From contig JAWQFM010000033.1 in the NCBI GenBank assembly GCA_033442325.1, positions 285,687 to 349,686 of the forward strand: a stretch of 64,000 nucleotides of DNA, given 5' to 3'. Each line of letters begins with the position of its first letter. The first letter of the stretch is position 1. A program made the position numbers and the translations under genes. The DNA is from Salpingoeca rosetta. Its lineage: Eukaryota > Protista > Choanoflagellata. The notes beneath the pieces were generated by a model that worked only from the letters and a program-made list of their open reading frames with translations, did no database searches and was not told the DNA's origin. This document shows positions 28,909-59,643 of the stretch, one piece after another.

Positions 28909-30292
28909 TCTCACGGGAATGCGAAGTGCATCGAGGAATTTGATCGGGCGGTGGACAACTTTTTGTGCCTGAAAACGAGCGATCATGACGCATGGTTGGT
29001 AGTGATGGGTGGTGATGGGTGGTATGATGGGAGTGGCACGTGAGACTTGTGCAAGGTGGCATGGTGTGATGCAAGATGGCACACACGCATGTGAGAACCA
29101 GTCGCTCACACGGGCACGTGCGTACACACGTGACAACATGAGGAAAACCGAGCAGCACACAAGCAGGCATCCAAAGCGCACACGACAGCAAACACAGCAC
29201 ATCACAGCAAATGTCATCGTCGTCATCACCATCAGTACTCACTGGCTGTGCGACGTCCAACAACCGCGTGCTCTCGCCCTTCTCCTGCTAACACACGCAC
29301 ACGCACACGCACACGCACACGCACGCACACACGCACACAGCCAGCCGGAGAGGGATAGAGACAAACATGCACACATACACAACATGCACACAAACAGCAG
29401 TGATTAAGAGAGCAACAATAACGTGAGGCCCACATACGTGTGCATGTGTATGTTCATGCGCTTAGTCGTGTGTACTTACCTGCCTGATTTCATGCAGACA
29501 TGTATGTGTGTGTGAGTGATTGTGCACGTAGGCACTCACGTTGTCAACTTCTTCCGGTGTGGGCAGATCAAGGTCCTCAGGAACTGTCATGGACGCGCGC
29601 ACACAAACACACACACACACACACAAATGCACATGATATACACACACGTACACGTGCACAACGCAACTGTTGTGAGATGGAGAGGACGAGGCGCTTCCGA
29701 ACACACAACAACACAAGAACAACACAACACAACACAACACAACACAACAACACAAGAACAACACAACACAAGAACAACACAACACAACACAACACAACAC
29801 AACACAACACACAACAACACAACACAAGAACAACACAAGAACAACACAAGAACAACACAAGAACAACACAAGAACAACACAACACGCCATGCACGTACAT
29901 TCGACGAGGGTGAAGAAGACGAGGATGCCCAGGAAGGCAATGATGGCGCCGGGAACAATGAACGACCACCCCCTATTCAAAGAGCCGACGCACAAGCATC
30001 GATGCATGGATGGATGAACGCACGCGTGGTGAGTGTATGTGAGGTGGAGGTGAGCTGTGCTGTCTTGTTGCTTGCTAGTTTGTGCCATTGCTTCCACCAG
30101 TCAGAACGGCAACAAACTCGCCCACCACACACCCACGCACACACCCACGCACACACGCACGCACACACGCACGTACACACGTGCCTGTGGCTGCCTCACC
30201 ATCCATAGGAAATGACGGCGCCTGGGATGATGGACCCCAAAATGTTCCCAACACTCGTGTGGGCATTCCAAATGCCCATCATGAGACCACGT
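26243..30292 (-). CDS. SLC37A1-3-like sugar-phosphate/glycerol-3-phosphate exchanger (MFS, OPA family), 5'-partial, 13 exons traced
   Basis: Family motifs RGLMMGIWNAHTSVGNILGS, LRIPGVVEFALSLFFCKLVAYTFLFWLPFYI, LSTLFDAGGILGGTLAGYVSD, NGPYALITTAVSADLGTHESL and TVTAIIDGTGSIGAALGP. Exons 30292-30200, 29972-29899, 29583-29540, 29284-29243, 28968-28915, 28636-28546, 28173-28099, 27896-27811, 27544-27422, 27202-27124, 26900-26863, 26622-26569 and 26326-26243 are phase-consistent. N-terminal exons not found. Confidence 0.9.
27618..27746 (-). repeat. Intronic compound repeat (CAA)n-CTTAAA
   Basis: ttg runs punctuated by tttaag/tttcag within a transporter intron. Confidence 0.85.
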
Positions 30293-30293
30293 C

Positions 30294-30386
<93 letters not shown>

Positions 30387-31433
30387 ATGGTCCATTGTTT
30401 GTGACGTCAGCTGACAAAACTTGCTTTCATGTGTGCAACATTCCTTGGTTCTCCTGTCAGTGCTCCAATGCACGCGCTGCCGGACGCTGTTCCTCGCTAT
30501 CCACCATCCACGCTTCGCCACATCCAGTGAGTTTGTGGTCGACGACTCTCGCACACTCTTTTTGTGTCCCATGACCTTTCGCACTGGCATGCCAACGTCA
30601 CACACGCACACACACGCACACACACGCACACACGCACACACTATCTCTGCCTCACTATCTCATCACACACACTCACGCAGAAACTCACTCACACAGGAAC
30701 ACTCTCTCCCTCCCTCACTGTCTCACGCACTCACGCACTCACTCGCTTGCTTGCTCACGCATGTGTCGTGCAGTGTTTCATCGCATCCTCGACCGATCGC
30801 TTCGCAAGGGCTCAAAAATGTCACACATCTACAACGTTGATGCGTGACACTGTGACACGCACAAGGCTGTCTATTTTTCGGTCGCTCTACGCTGTTCGCC
30901 CATTGTTCATAGTCGTTCATGCCCCACTCAGCCTCAAATGCTGTCCTCCACCACCGCCCCGGCAGCCACCACGCCCCTGCCAACCACAGTCACGCCCAAT
31001 CTTGTTCATAATCCCCATGCGCCACTGCATGCGCATGTTACGTGCGATTGCCATTGCCTGCAGGCACGCGCATCACTTTCGCCACGTTGCTGGTCTTGTT
31101 GATGCTCTGCTTTGCGAGGTGCTTGGTTTGGAGGGTCATGTGATGCAGGTGCAAGTGTGTTCATTCTATCCATCGCTTTTCATTTTGGTGCGCCTGTTGT
31201 CTTGTTGTTTGTTTATGGGTGCATGTTGGGGAAAGCGGGATGATTGGTGTGTTGGTGCATTTGCGTTACATGCTTGTTCAAACAAAAACGCATGCCGCTG
31301 AACTCAGGTAGTTGGGGGAAGGAGTTAATTGAAACAAAGAGAGAAAAGAACGCTTTGTCGGCTCACTTAAGAACAAGGAAAAATAACGACGAGATAGGTG
31401 TGCACAGGGATTCAAAAGATCCCACACGCGCAT

Positions 31434-31547
<114 letters not shown>

Positions 31548-31734
31548 GGGGGGGGCTCAAAATAAAACCAATTAAGCACAGACAGGCACAGGCAGCATTC
31601 ATATCACTCTCAGAACTGGCTGAGAAGCAGCACGAGTAACAGGCCATGAATAAGACGCAGCCAAGGCCATCTCAAGAGAAGGATTAACCACGGGAGCAGA
31701 AACAGGAACAAGAACCGTCCACAGCTGGGGTGGT

Positions 31735-31797
31735 CACATCACGTCACATCACATCACATCACATCACATCACATCACGTCACATCACGTCACATCAC
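31735..31797. repeat. Pentanucleotide repeat (CACAT/CACGT)n
   Basis: About 12 units visible. Confidence 0.9.
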
Positions 31798-32630
31798 TGC
31801 ATCCGTGGGTTGAGAGCGTGGTGGGTCAGAGGCTCAGAACCCGTTCAACTTCTTGAAGCACAACCGCTGAAACACTGGATGACACGGCAACCAAGATTGA
31901 AGCATGACAACCAAATTTGGAGACAAGGCAGAAATGAGTGGATGCACGTAACAGGACGACAGCCACAGCACGCGAGAAGTGGATGGAAATGCAAAAACAT
32001 GCCCAGTCATCTTCACGCACACACGCAGACATGTGCTCGAGGCAATTGCACGGCGTGCAGAGCAGACCACGCAACAAGCAGACACCAGCAACAAGTGTCT
32101 TGTGCACCAACACATGGGCATGCAAACACGCACTTGCGAAGGAGAACCGGGGTGCGTGCTCGCACAGGAAGATGGAGCGGCAGCGTGTGCACTTGACGCC
32201 TGTGTTGCAGTGAGTGAGCCAATGGTGATGATGTGTCGTGTGATTTCGTGTTCAGTTGCATTGATTTGACGTGGGGATGTGATGCGATGAGCACGACGGT
32301 GAGATAACAAACAAGCGGCGACAAAGCTGGGGTGAACCGACAGAAGGACGTACATGCATGCAGTGTGATATCATCACACATCATGAATCGATCGCACCAC
32401 CAATCAACAAACACGCACTGCCAAACCAACCAAGCCACCACAGCATAAGAGGTAGTCCACGTACGGGTTGCGTTCGGGGCTGCACTTGAAAACTGTTCCA
32501 TGCACCGATTCGAACTGCGACAGCCGCGAGGCATGGTACGAAAGTCTGGCGGCAGAGAAAGAACAGGAACAACGTTGAGGAGGAGGTGTGTGTATGTGTG
32601 TATGTGTGTGTGTGTGTGTGGGTGTGTGGT

Positions 32631-32714
<84 letters not shown>

Positions 32715-32897
32715 CAACACTAGGGGACAACATCTCGATAGCTTTCACAACTAGGGCACATGGAAAGCAAGCACCGCCCCCGCCCCCAAACACGCACACA
32801 CACACACACACACGCACACATGGAGGCATATGCGAGCCAGAATAGCCACCACACACGCACGCAGCAACACAACAGCAGCCCTACCAGCAGTACCAAC

Positions 32898-33142
32898 CTG
32901 CGATTAGGCGCTCAATGGTCACCGTCTTCGGGTCAACCGTGTTGTGCAGGGAAATCCATCGCATAATATCATGGTAGAACCCGCTGTAGCACACGCCACA
33001 CAACTTCCTTGGTGTTGTCCTGTGAGAGGAGGGGTGACGGTGTGATGATGTCAGCGAGCAGCAGCAAGCGACGCATGAGAGCGTGTGGAGGAAAGGCGAG
33101 ACGACAGTAAGAGGTTTTGTGGTGTGCCCGCGCGGGCGTGCG

Positions 33143-33178
<36 letters not shown>

Positions 33179-33190
33179 TGTGTCTGTCAG

Positions 33191-33231
<41 letters not shown>

Positions 33232-35199
33232 GTGTGTGTGTGTGGGTGCGTGTGTGTGTTTGTATCTCTCACTCACTCACTCACTCACTCTCACTCTCAC
33301 TCACTCTCACTCTCACTCACTCACTCACTCACTCACACACACACACACACACACACACACTCTCTCTCTCTCTGTGCGTGCGTCTGCGGGGAAGGTCTTG
33401 GGATACTGAGCCACTCGAAATGGCGGCGCTTGCTGTCTGTTCTCCTGCGCTCATGCAACGACTGCAAGTCAGGCGCCAACTTACACATCTGTCGACTTGC
33501 GTGCCAGTTCCGGGCAGCAGATGCATCGGCGAGACTCAGCCTGCAAACACGGCAGCCAACGCAGGTGAGAGACACATGACAGGTAATCGTCAGCAGCTTG
33601 CGCAAGCCAGTATTCTCTTCGCCGTCACTGTGCACCACAGCAGGAACCGTGACAACTCAAAGCAACAACAGTTGTGCTCAGGCATGCACACACCATACAC
33701 GCGCACACACACAAATACAAAGCACACCGCCATGTACACTTACAAACACATGCAGGCATGCACACACGCATACACATGCACACACGCATACACATGCACA
33801 CACGCATACACATGCACACACGCATATACATGCACTCATGCATATGCATACACACACATGCACAAAGCTGTACAGGCGCAACGGGATTACCTCGCTCATG
33901 GGCATACTGCAATCGTGACCCGGGTGATCCAGAACAGACTGCGGTACGCTGACCGGAAACGGTGGTTTCCTGTCTGCAGAAGTCGCCTTGGCCCGCTTCC
34001 GTATACCGTCACCACCACCACCACCACCACCACCACCACCACCACCACCATGCTGTGCCTGTGCGTTGTGCGCGGCCCACTTGCTCTTACGACCCGCATG
34101 CTTGTGACTGTGGTGCTTGTGGTGCTTGTGGTGCTTGTGGTGCTTGTGGTGCTCGCGACACTGCTTGCCCTGCTGCTTTGTTTTTTGAACCTTGCGCTCA
34201 GCGCCGGCTTTCCTCCGGCGTGTGTCAGCTGAAGATGGTGCCGCTGGCGCTCGTGCAGTGGGCTGGTGTAGCGTCGCGCTGTGCAAGGACAACAGCGCTT
34301 GCGCAGACGCCGTCTGGCTGTCAACACTGGCAGCGTCACCTTCGCCGTCATCTGTCTCCTCGTATACACTGCTGAAGTCACTCTCGTCCTCACTGCTATC
34401 ACGGCTGCTGTCGCCACTGTCACTGCTGCCTCCCCCATCGTTGTCATAACTTGAGCTGCCCTCAGAGCTGGTGCTGGAGCTGGTGCTGTCGACGTTGTCA
34501 CTGGCCTTGCGTCGCCTTGGCTTCGCCTTCTTCCCGTCTGCCTGTCTTTTCGATCCCTGCGCCGTGCGGGCGGCGTTACCAGTGACAGCGACAGCAGCAG
34601 CAACGGATTTCCGTGGTGCAGGAGCCGACACAACCGCCTCCGTTTTGACATGCGCCTGTGCTGAGCTGCCTTGGTGGGCACTCTTCATTGCCATGGCTTG
34701 CGCGGTGTGGGGTTGCGGAACTAGCGGTGGTGGTGTCATACCTGCTGCTGCTGCTACTGCTCGTACACGGGAGCCGTCAACAGCGAGGCCAGAGTACTGT
34801 GCAGGGTTGGCAAGCGTGGGCATTTCCATGCCGGGGGCAAACAGCCCTGGCTGTGGCGCTGCAAACACCTGGCCAGGCACCATGCTCCCCATCTGTGTGT
34901 GTATGTGGGGGCAGGGGTTGTTTGTTGTGTTGTGTTTGTGTGTGAGCAGGTGCGTTTGTTTCCGAGTGTCGACAGTGCTCACGCCGTCACAATGGAAACA
35001 AACTTGTTGCATACATGCAACCAGCACATTGGCTATCATACCACCCACACATGCACTGACTCGCACACATACACACACACACTCTCTCTCACCCACACAC
35101 ACACACACTCTCTCTCTCTCTCACCCACACACACACACACACGCACGCACGCACGCACACACACATGCACCACATCAACACACAAACACATGAACCACA

Positions 35200-35244
<45 letters not shown>

Positions 35245-36358
35245 ATGACCACAATACCTGCTGCTGATGCGTGGCAAAGGCTGGTCCGACAGGCATCGGG
35301 GCATGTGCGTTGAGCTGCCAGGACTGTGAAGAAGCGACGGTCTGTGTCGAAGGCGGCATCATCATCATCACCATCGCCGTTTGGGCTGGGTAGGGGAGTG
35401 CTTGCATCGCATATGGCTGCATGGCTTGGGATTGGGGTGGCAGCATATGCGCCCCTTGCTGTACAAAGCCCTGGTAACCCTCACCCGCTTCAAGCTGTTG
35501 CTGTCGTTGCTGCTGCTGTTGTTGTTGCTGCCGCTGGGGCATGTGCATCAGTTGCATGTGCAGAGAGCTGTGCTGCTGGCCTGCGGTGTGTATGGGCTGC
35601 ATGGCAAATTGAGGGCTAAGCCCATACGCGCTTGTTGTGGGCGCGTATTGCTGCTGCAGCAGTTGCTGCTGCTGCTGCTGATGCTGCTGCTGATGCTGCT
35701 GCTGCTGTTGCTGTTGCTGTTGTTGCGGAACTGGGGATGGGTGCATCAGCTGGGCAGGTGCATGTGCAGCTTGAAGAGGATAGCCAAATCCTGTCGGCCC
35801 AGGCACTGGTGCCATTACCATCTGTTGGCGGAGCTGGTGTTGCTGCTGCGCTTGCTGCTGAGGTTGTGGTTGGTGTTGGTGTTGGTGTTGGCGTTGGTAT
35901 GGCTGTGGCGTGCCACCACCGACAAGTGTGGGTGCTGTGGCATGTTGCGTCGCCAAGCCTGGATAGGGCGGTGTTGTCGACACACCCCGATGGTGAAGGG
36001 GTGCGGTCGACAGCTGTTGAGTGTGCTGGAGGCGGGCGAGCGGGTGAGAAGGGGCTTGGTGCTGCTGCGTCGATCTGCCTGTGTGGCATGCGCGCGACAA
36101 CACGGGGGTTGTTGCGGCCACATTGTGAAGTACGGGGGTTGCGGACACGGCATGTGAAGGCACTTGAGGATCATACGGCTGTTGTTTCTGTCGCGGTTGT
36201 CGATGTTGCTGTTGTTGTTGCGCCCGCGGCTGGGGCTGGGGCTGGGGCCTAGCGAATGTGTGTGGGGAAGGAACGGTGAGTTGTGACTGTACGGCACGAC
36301 GTGAGGGCTGTGTGCGCACAAGCGCACTCGGTGCGTGGACGTGCTCTCGTGGCAGCAT
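32898..36358 (-). CDS. Q/P-rich low-complexity, probably nuclear protein (exons 36358-35258, 34892-33891, likely 33540-33485 and 33019-32898; 3' end unresolved)
   Basis: Two large exons join in phase 0 (CAG|gtattg...acag|ATG). Poly-Q, NLS-like KKAKPRRRK, SUMO consensus VKTE, HKH repeat. Downstream Cys-containing exon candidates (RRCICCPE; GSCGVCYSG) could not be joined unambiguously. Confidence 0.6.
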
Positions 36359-36661
36359 GATGGTGTGTGAGCATTGAAGCACATGGGAGTATGTGCGCTG
36401 TAATTACTGTGCATGTGTACTTGTGTATGTTTGTGTTTGATGCACACAAGTGCACCAGCGTCGACGGAACGGAGGCATGAGTGAACTTCACACCACTCAC
36501 GAATTGTTACCCAACAGCAAAACAAGTGCACAAAGAACTGTCAACGCAGACAAATCGTTTTCTAGGATGTGACGTACCGGTCTTGAAGAGTTTTCGTGCC
36601 CGATTGCAGCTTGCCTTTTGATGACGTCATAAGTATGCGCAATCAATTCAGGGGAAGGCAT

Positions 36662-36715
<54 letters not shown>

Positions 36716-36839
36716 TTTCTTTTGTTTTTTTGTTTGCAAACAAACAACAGTCTTCGCGTTGTATTTCTGTCATCAATCATGAAATCGCAAAGACAATCCA
36801 GCGTGAGGTGTGACATGACGTCACATGGGAATTTAGAGT

Positions 36840-39222
36840 TTACAGACCTTGCTCCCGCTGCTGCTGCTTCTGATGAGACGAAGACATTGCGGCCATGAGC
36901 TGGCCCACCGCACTGACACCGAACGCCCGTGAGGAAAAGCTTGGTTGATGGTTCAGCAGCGGCTGCTGTGGGAGTGCTTGCGACGCTGTTGCCGCCATAG
37001 ATGGCTGTAATTGTTGAGTGAGCGTCGCTTCCTCCTTTGGCTGCTGCTCTGGCTGGTGGGTCTCTTGCGAGCGTATGTGCTGATGCGCGCGGTCCTGTAT
37101 CTTGCTGCTGCTGTGTGGCCTGACATCGCTAGCACCATCACTCAGCCTCTTCTCCTTCCTGCGTTGCTTGTGCTGATGGCGATGCGTGTGTTTACTCAGC
37201 TTGCTCTCGTGCTCTGTGCCCGTGGATGGTGATGGCGAGAAGGAAGAAGAGGAGGACGAGGGTGCTCGTGGTGCCTCAGGCGACTGTTTTGACGGCGGTG
37301 CGCTTGTCGACGTGGCGGGTGCCTTGAGCTGTGATGCGCGGCGGCTTCCTTGTGGTGTTGTTGGCACACCTGCTCTGGCGTGGTCATGGTGCGTGGGCGT
37401 ACCATCAGTTCCTGTGCCGCCAATTTTGTCGTCAGCAATGCCAGTGGTGACAGTGGTACCAGTGGTGCCAACTGCGGTGGCGGTACGGGTGGTGACAGCG
37501 ACAGCTGTGCTGCGTTTGCGCGGGCTGGTGGAAGGCTGATCAGAGTGGCGCTGGGGTGCTTGCAGCGACAATTGGCCCCGATCATTGCTGGCGCGGCGAG
37601 GGCTGCCACTGCCACTTCTGTTTTCGCTATTGTTATTGTTGTTGTTGTCACTGTTGTTGTTGTTGTTGTTGTTAGTGTTGTTGTTGTTGTCGCCGTCGTC
37701 GCTGGCACTGTCATTGCCCCCGCCAGTGCCCTGGTGCGTGTGGTACTTGCGCGGCATGTGTGTTTCAGTGCTCTTTTTCAAGACCTGGTCGGGTGGCTCT
37801 CGTTCTTCCGCAACCGCTGCACACATGTAGGAGCGTGTGCCCGTGCGTATGAGAGTATGTGCATAAAGGCGTGTGTTTGTGTGCGTGTGTGTGAGAGTGC
37901 AACAGTGTGCGTGTGTGTGTGTGTGTATAAGAGAACGTGTTTGTGTTTGTGTTTGTGCGTGTGTGTGTGTGTGTGTGCGTGTTTGTGTTTGTGTGTGTGT
38001 GTATGTGTGTGCGTGCGCGTGTGTGTGTGTGTGTGCATTTTCTCATGCGCGTATGCGAACACACTGATGAGGACTGGACAGGGTGTGTGGCATAAAAGGC
38101 GTAGGCAGTCGTCACGCACGCCCACCTTACCCACACGCGCACACCCACCTGACACACACACACACACACACACAACCGGCAATGAACGCACTGACGCCAA
38201 CTAAAATGCCAACGTATGCAACAGGACACCATTGGAACATCGCATGGGCGAATCACTCAGATGGTGAACGCACCCTTGGGTATCGGCTGCTTGGCGTCTG
38301 CGCGCTGCATTTTCTTCTTGCACGTTGTGTCCTCTGCCAAAGGCATGGTTGTGGGGTCGCGGAAGTGCACTGCTTTTGCATGTGTGTGTGTGTGTGGGGG
38401 GGGGGGGGTAGTGTGGTGGAACGCAGCGCAAGTCGCAGAAGATGGTGAGTCTAAAATGATGGCAGGTGTGTGCTCAAGTGCTGTGGTCATGTCATGCTGA
38501 ACACGCTCCGATCCGAGCATGGAAACAGCACTCAGCATTGGTGTTGACCCCATTAATTTGAAGGCGCCTCTCACACGCAGACACACACACACATGCACAC
38601 ACGCACAAACGCGCACACCTGCACACTCATACATAAGTACATGCGCACTCGTACATAAGAACATACACTTATTCACACACATCACACACACACACACGTA
38701 CGAGGAGCTGTTGGTTTCGCTGATGTGAGAAAAGATGGTGGTCTGTTCTCGGTATGCGTGGGTGCATGCGCGTGAAGTCCCCCTTTGAATGAGGTGGCAC
38801 AGCGCACATATGCAATGCAAGCGGCCCCTAAGAACGGCAGTGCAAAGAACACAGACAGAAGAGACCACAGTGGTCGGGTGGAGTGTGTTCGTGTTTTGCT
38901 TGTTGGTGGTTGGTGTGTTGGGTGGGGGGTGCGAGCGCTGATGGGTTGGTTGTCTAGCGATGATGACGACGTTCAGCAGAGCGTATCCATGCAGCGCTGA
39001 TGTGTGTGTGCTGTGCTGTGCTGAGCTGTGTTGGGTGCTGAAGGAATGGGGTTGTTTTCTTTTCACCAATGCTGATGTGAGTTGGGTTGAGAGCGTGCAA
39101 CGCTAACTTTCTGCTGCTTTGTGAGCTTCTTTGTGCTGCTGTTGTGACAACTGCTGATGAGCCAGTTGTGTTGTCTGCCTCGGTTGCTGCTTCTTCCGTT
39201 CCTCCTTTATTCTCATCAGCAT
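36840..39222 (-). CDS. ~395-aa low-complexity orphan (exons 39222-39108, 38369-38274, 37816-36840)
   Basis: Phase-1 joins (A|gttagc...gcag|TG and G|gtgcgt...gcag|CG) give a 1188-nt frame from [11 protein letters not shown] to REQGL*. S/T/N/Q-rich with no recognised domain. Could instead continue into the downstream gene. Confidence 0.5.
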
Positions 39223-39703
39223 TATTTTGATGAAAGCCTGCGCGCTCGTGTAAGTGTCAACGACAGGGACGATGGCACTTCGGCCTTTGTTTCTGCCGTG
39301 CTGTGCCCTGGACTGCTCAGCGCTCTGCGAGCGCTGTTCGGTCTGAATCGGGTCCAACCGTCGCCGCGTCGCGCGCCCGTGCCTGCGAAATGCTTAACTT
39401 CTCCCCCCTCACAGCCAGGGACAAATCTGAAGACAGTGGATGCACGCATGCATGCAAGCATGCAAGGTTGCTCCACACCACACGATAAAAAAAAACCAAA
39501 ACCCCAAAAATCTCAAAAGGCTTCTTGAGACGCAATGGTCTTTTTTGCATTCGGGAAGAGCACTTCCAAACCTTGGCCCCGAACGCAAGCGCAAGCGCAT
39601 TCTTCGTCACCACGCGAGACGTGTTGGCGTTCCTGTGTTGTCAGATGACGGGACGAGCTTGGTTTTTGTTGTGTGTGTGTGTGTGTTGTGTGTTGTGCGT
39701 GTG

Positions 39704-39765
<62 letters not shown>

Positions 39766-40294
39766 TGTTGTGTTGTGTGTGTGTGTGTGTTGTGTGTGTT
39801 GTGTGTGTGTGTGTGTGTTCGGTGTGTTCATGTGGAGGTTGCGTGTCATCTCAGCATCTCATGTGTGTGTGTGCTTGTCTTTTGCCCAGGCCGTGTTACG
39901 TAGTCGCTGTTTCGCTCATCAAAACCCACGCGCTGTTCCTTGCAAATGATTGCATTGTTATGAATACGCGGATGAGAAGGCAGAGAAAACGAAAACAGGT
40001 GGGCCACGACAACAGTTTCAAGCACCAAGCAAGCAAGGGTGGCGTCCTGATTTGATTGTGTACACAAGATGAGTCAGGGTGAGAGGGAGAATGCAACACA
40101 GCGAAATCATAGCTGTCCAAACAAAAGAAAAAGCAAACAAGAAGCGCAAACCCGCATGTCTGTATGCACTGCACAACTCAAGACACACACACACACGCAC
40201 ACTGACAAGAACTACCCACACATACACACACGCACATACACACACACACGCGCGCGCGCGCCCACACGGCAAACACAGCACACCATGGCCAGAG

Positions 40295-50718
<10,424 letters not shown>

Positions 50719-51280
50719 TGCTGACCGTGAACCAGGAAAAAGGAATCACGCAAAGGCACGAACGATAGGAATCAAGCAAGCAAGCACGCTGACACGCAAG
50801 CAGGCGAAGGCGTTGATGGTCTTCGTCCTATACTCGCTCCTTCTTCTGGCTGTGTACAGCGAGACTGACGGACGCCCTGGCGTCCCTGTGATGCCAGAAA
50901 CGTGCACGAACAAAGCAACCAGCCGAACCAAGCCACGCTGGTGCGCCTGCGTTGTTCTGTGCGCTGTATTTGGCCCCGTGCTGGTCGCTGGTGCTGGCCT
51001 TGGCTGCTTGAGTGTGGTGGTGTGTCGTCCCAGCAACACCAAAACACACCCATCAACAACGCGTCCTCTCTCACGCTTTTGCTTGCTCTATTCGCTGCTT
51101 CTTCGCGAGCCGCAAACGCCCAAAACGGTCCAATGAAAAAATTGAAGGGGCGAAACTCAAGCATGCACATAATTTGTTGAAGACTTGTACCGATTTTCGA
51201 TCCTTGAGCTTAAAAAATAAGTCCGACTTGTTTTGTGGCTCTGCTTGTTTTGTGCCGCCAAATTAATTCAAACGAGTTGT

Positions 51281-51338
<58 letters not shown>

Positions 51339-51596
51339 TGGTGCAATGGGATGCATGCTCACATCTCACATGTGTGTCCATTTGTCTTGTCACTCCCGAT
51401 TATAACGTGACACTTTCACACTTGCGCGCATGGCTTCGTGGAGATTCATTTACATTATCCCTCGTTAACAAAAGTTGGCAACCACCGTCACACGTCACAA
51501 ACAGAGCAACTAGAAATGGAAGAAACAACAAGAAACGATGACAAAAGTTGGGCTTGTGCGAAAAACACATCCAGCAGCCGAAGTATGACTGCGCAT

Positions 51597-58941
<7,345 letters not shown>

Positions 58942-58955
58942 ACTCGGGTTCCTTA

Positions 58956-59077
<122 letters not shown>

Positions 59078-59460
59078 TTGGCTCGTATTTCATTTGTCCA
59101 CGACCCTCATCATCAACAAGCAGTCAATTATGTAATGCAATGTGAACAAACACAGGGTCGTGGTGGTTGTTTTGTTAACATGTCCAAATAGGACCGGGGA
59201 TAACAATGTCACATCACAACGTCATCGAGTAACGCAGGACCAATACATACATACCCTGTGAAAGTGACAATTCACATGAAGGAAAACAGCAACACGTGCG
59301 CAGAGTGGCATAAACACACACACGGCCTCCCAGCACACACAACACACACACACACACGCACACGCACACGCACACACAAACAGAAGAACTCACTCACGAA
59401 AGCAAAGCACACATACACACATGCACACATGCACACACACGTACATCCACGTTATCAGCA

Positions 59461-59611
59461 TCACCCGATATGGCCGCCACGACCGCGAATGCTGCGCGGC
59501 GACGTTGAGTTTGGACCAGACTTGCGCGCCGTGATCTTCCTGCGGCGCCCTGTCTTCTGCTGCTGCGGCTGCACTTTCAGCATCCCCTGCGAGCGGAACT
59601 GATGTTGCGCC

Positions 59612-59643
<32 letters not shown>

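Noticed and set aside
29700-29885. Regularly spaced repeats as a CRISPR-like array (also 33760-33850, 46608-46648, 56260-56340)
   Set aside because: Degenerate simple tandem repeats without unique spacers, in eukaryotic introns.
32500-32550. LSYHASRL resembling the SLC37 N-terminal YH-x-SRK motif
   Set aside because: No preceding TM helix, no K-P/T-x-S-x-VK continuation and no linking exons; probably chance.
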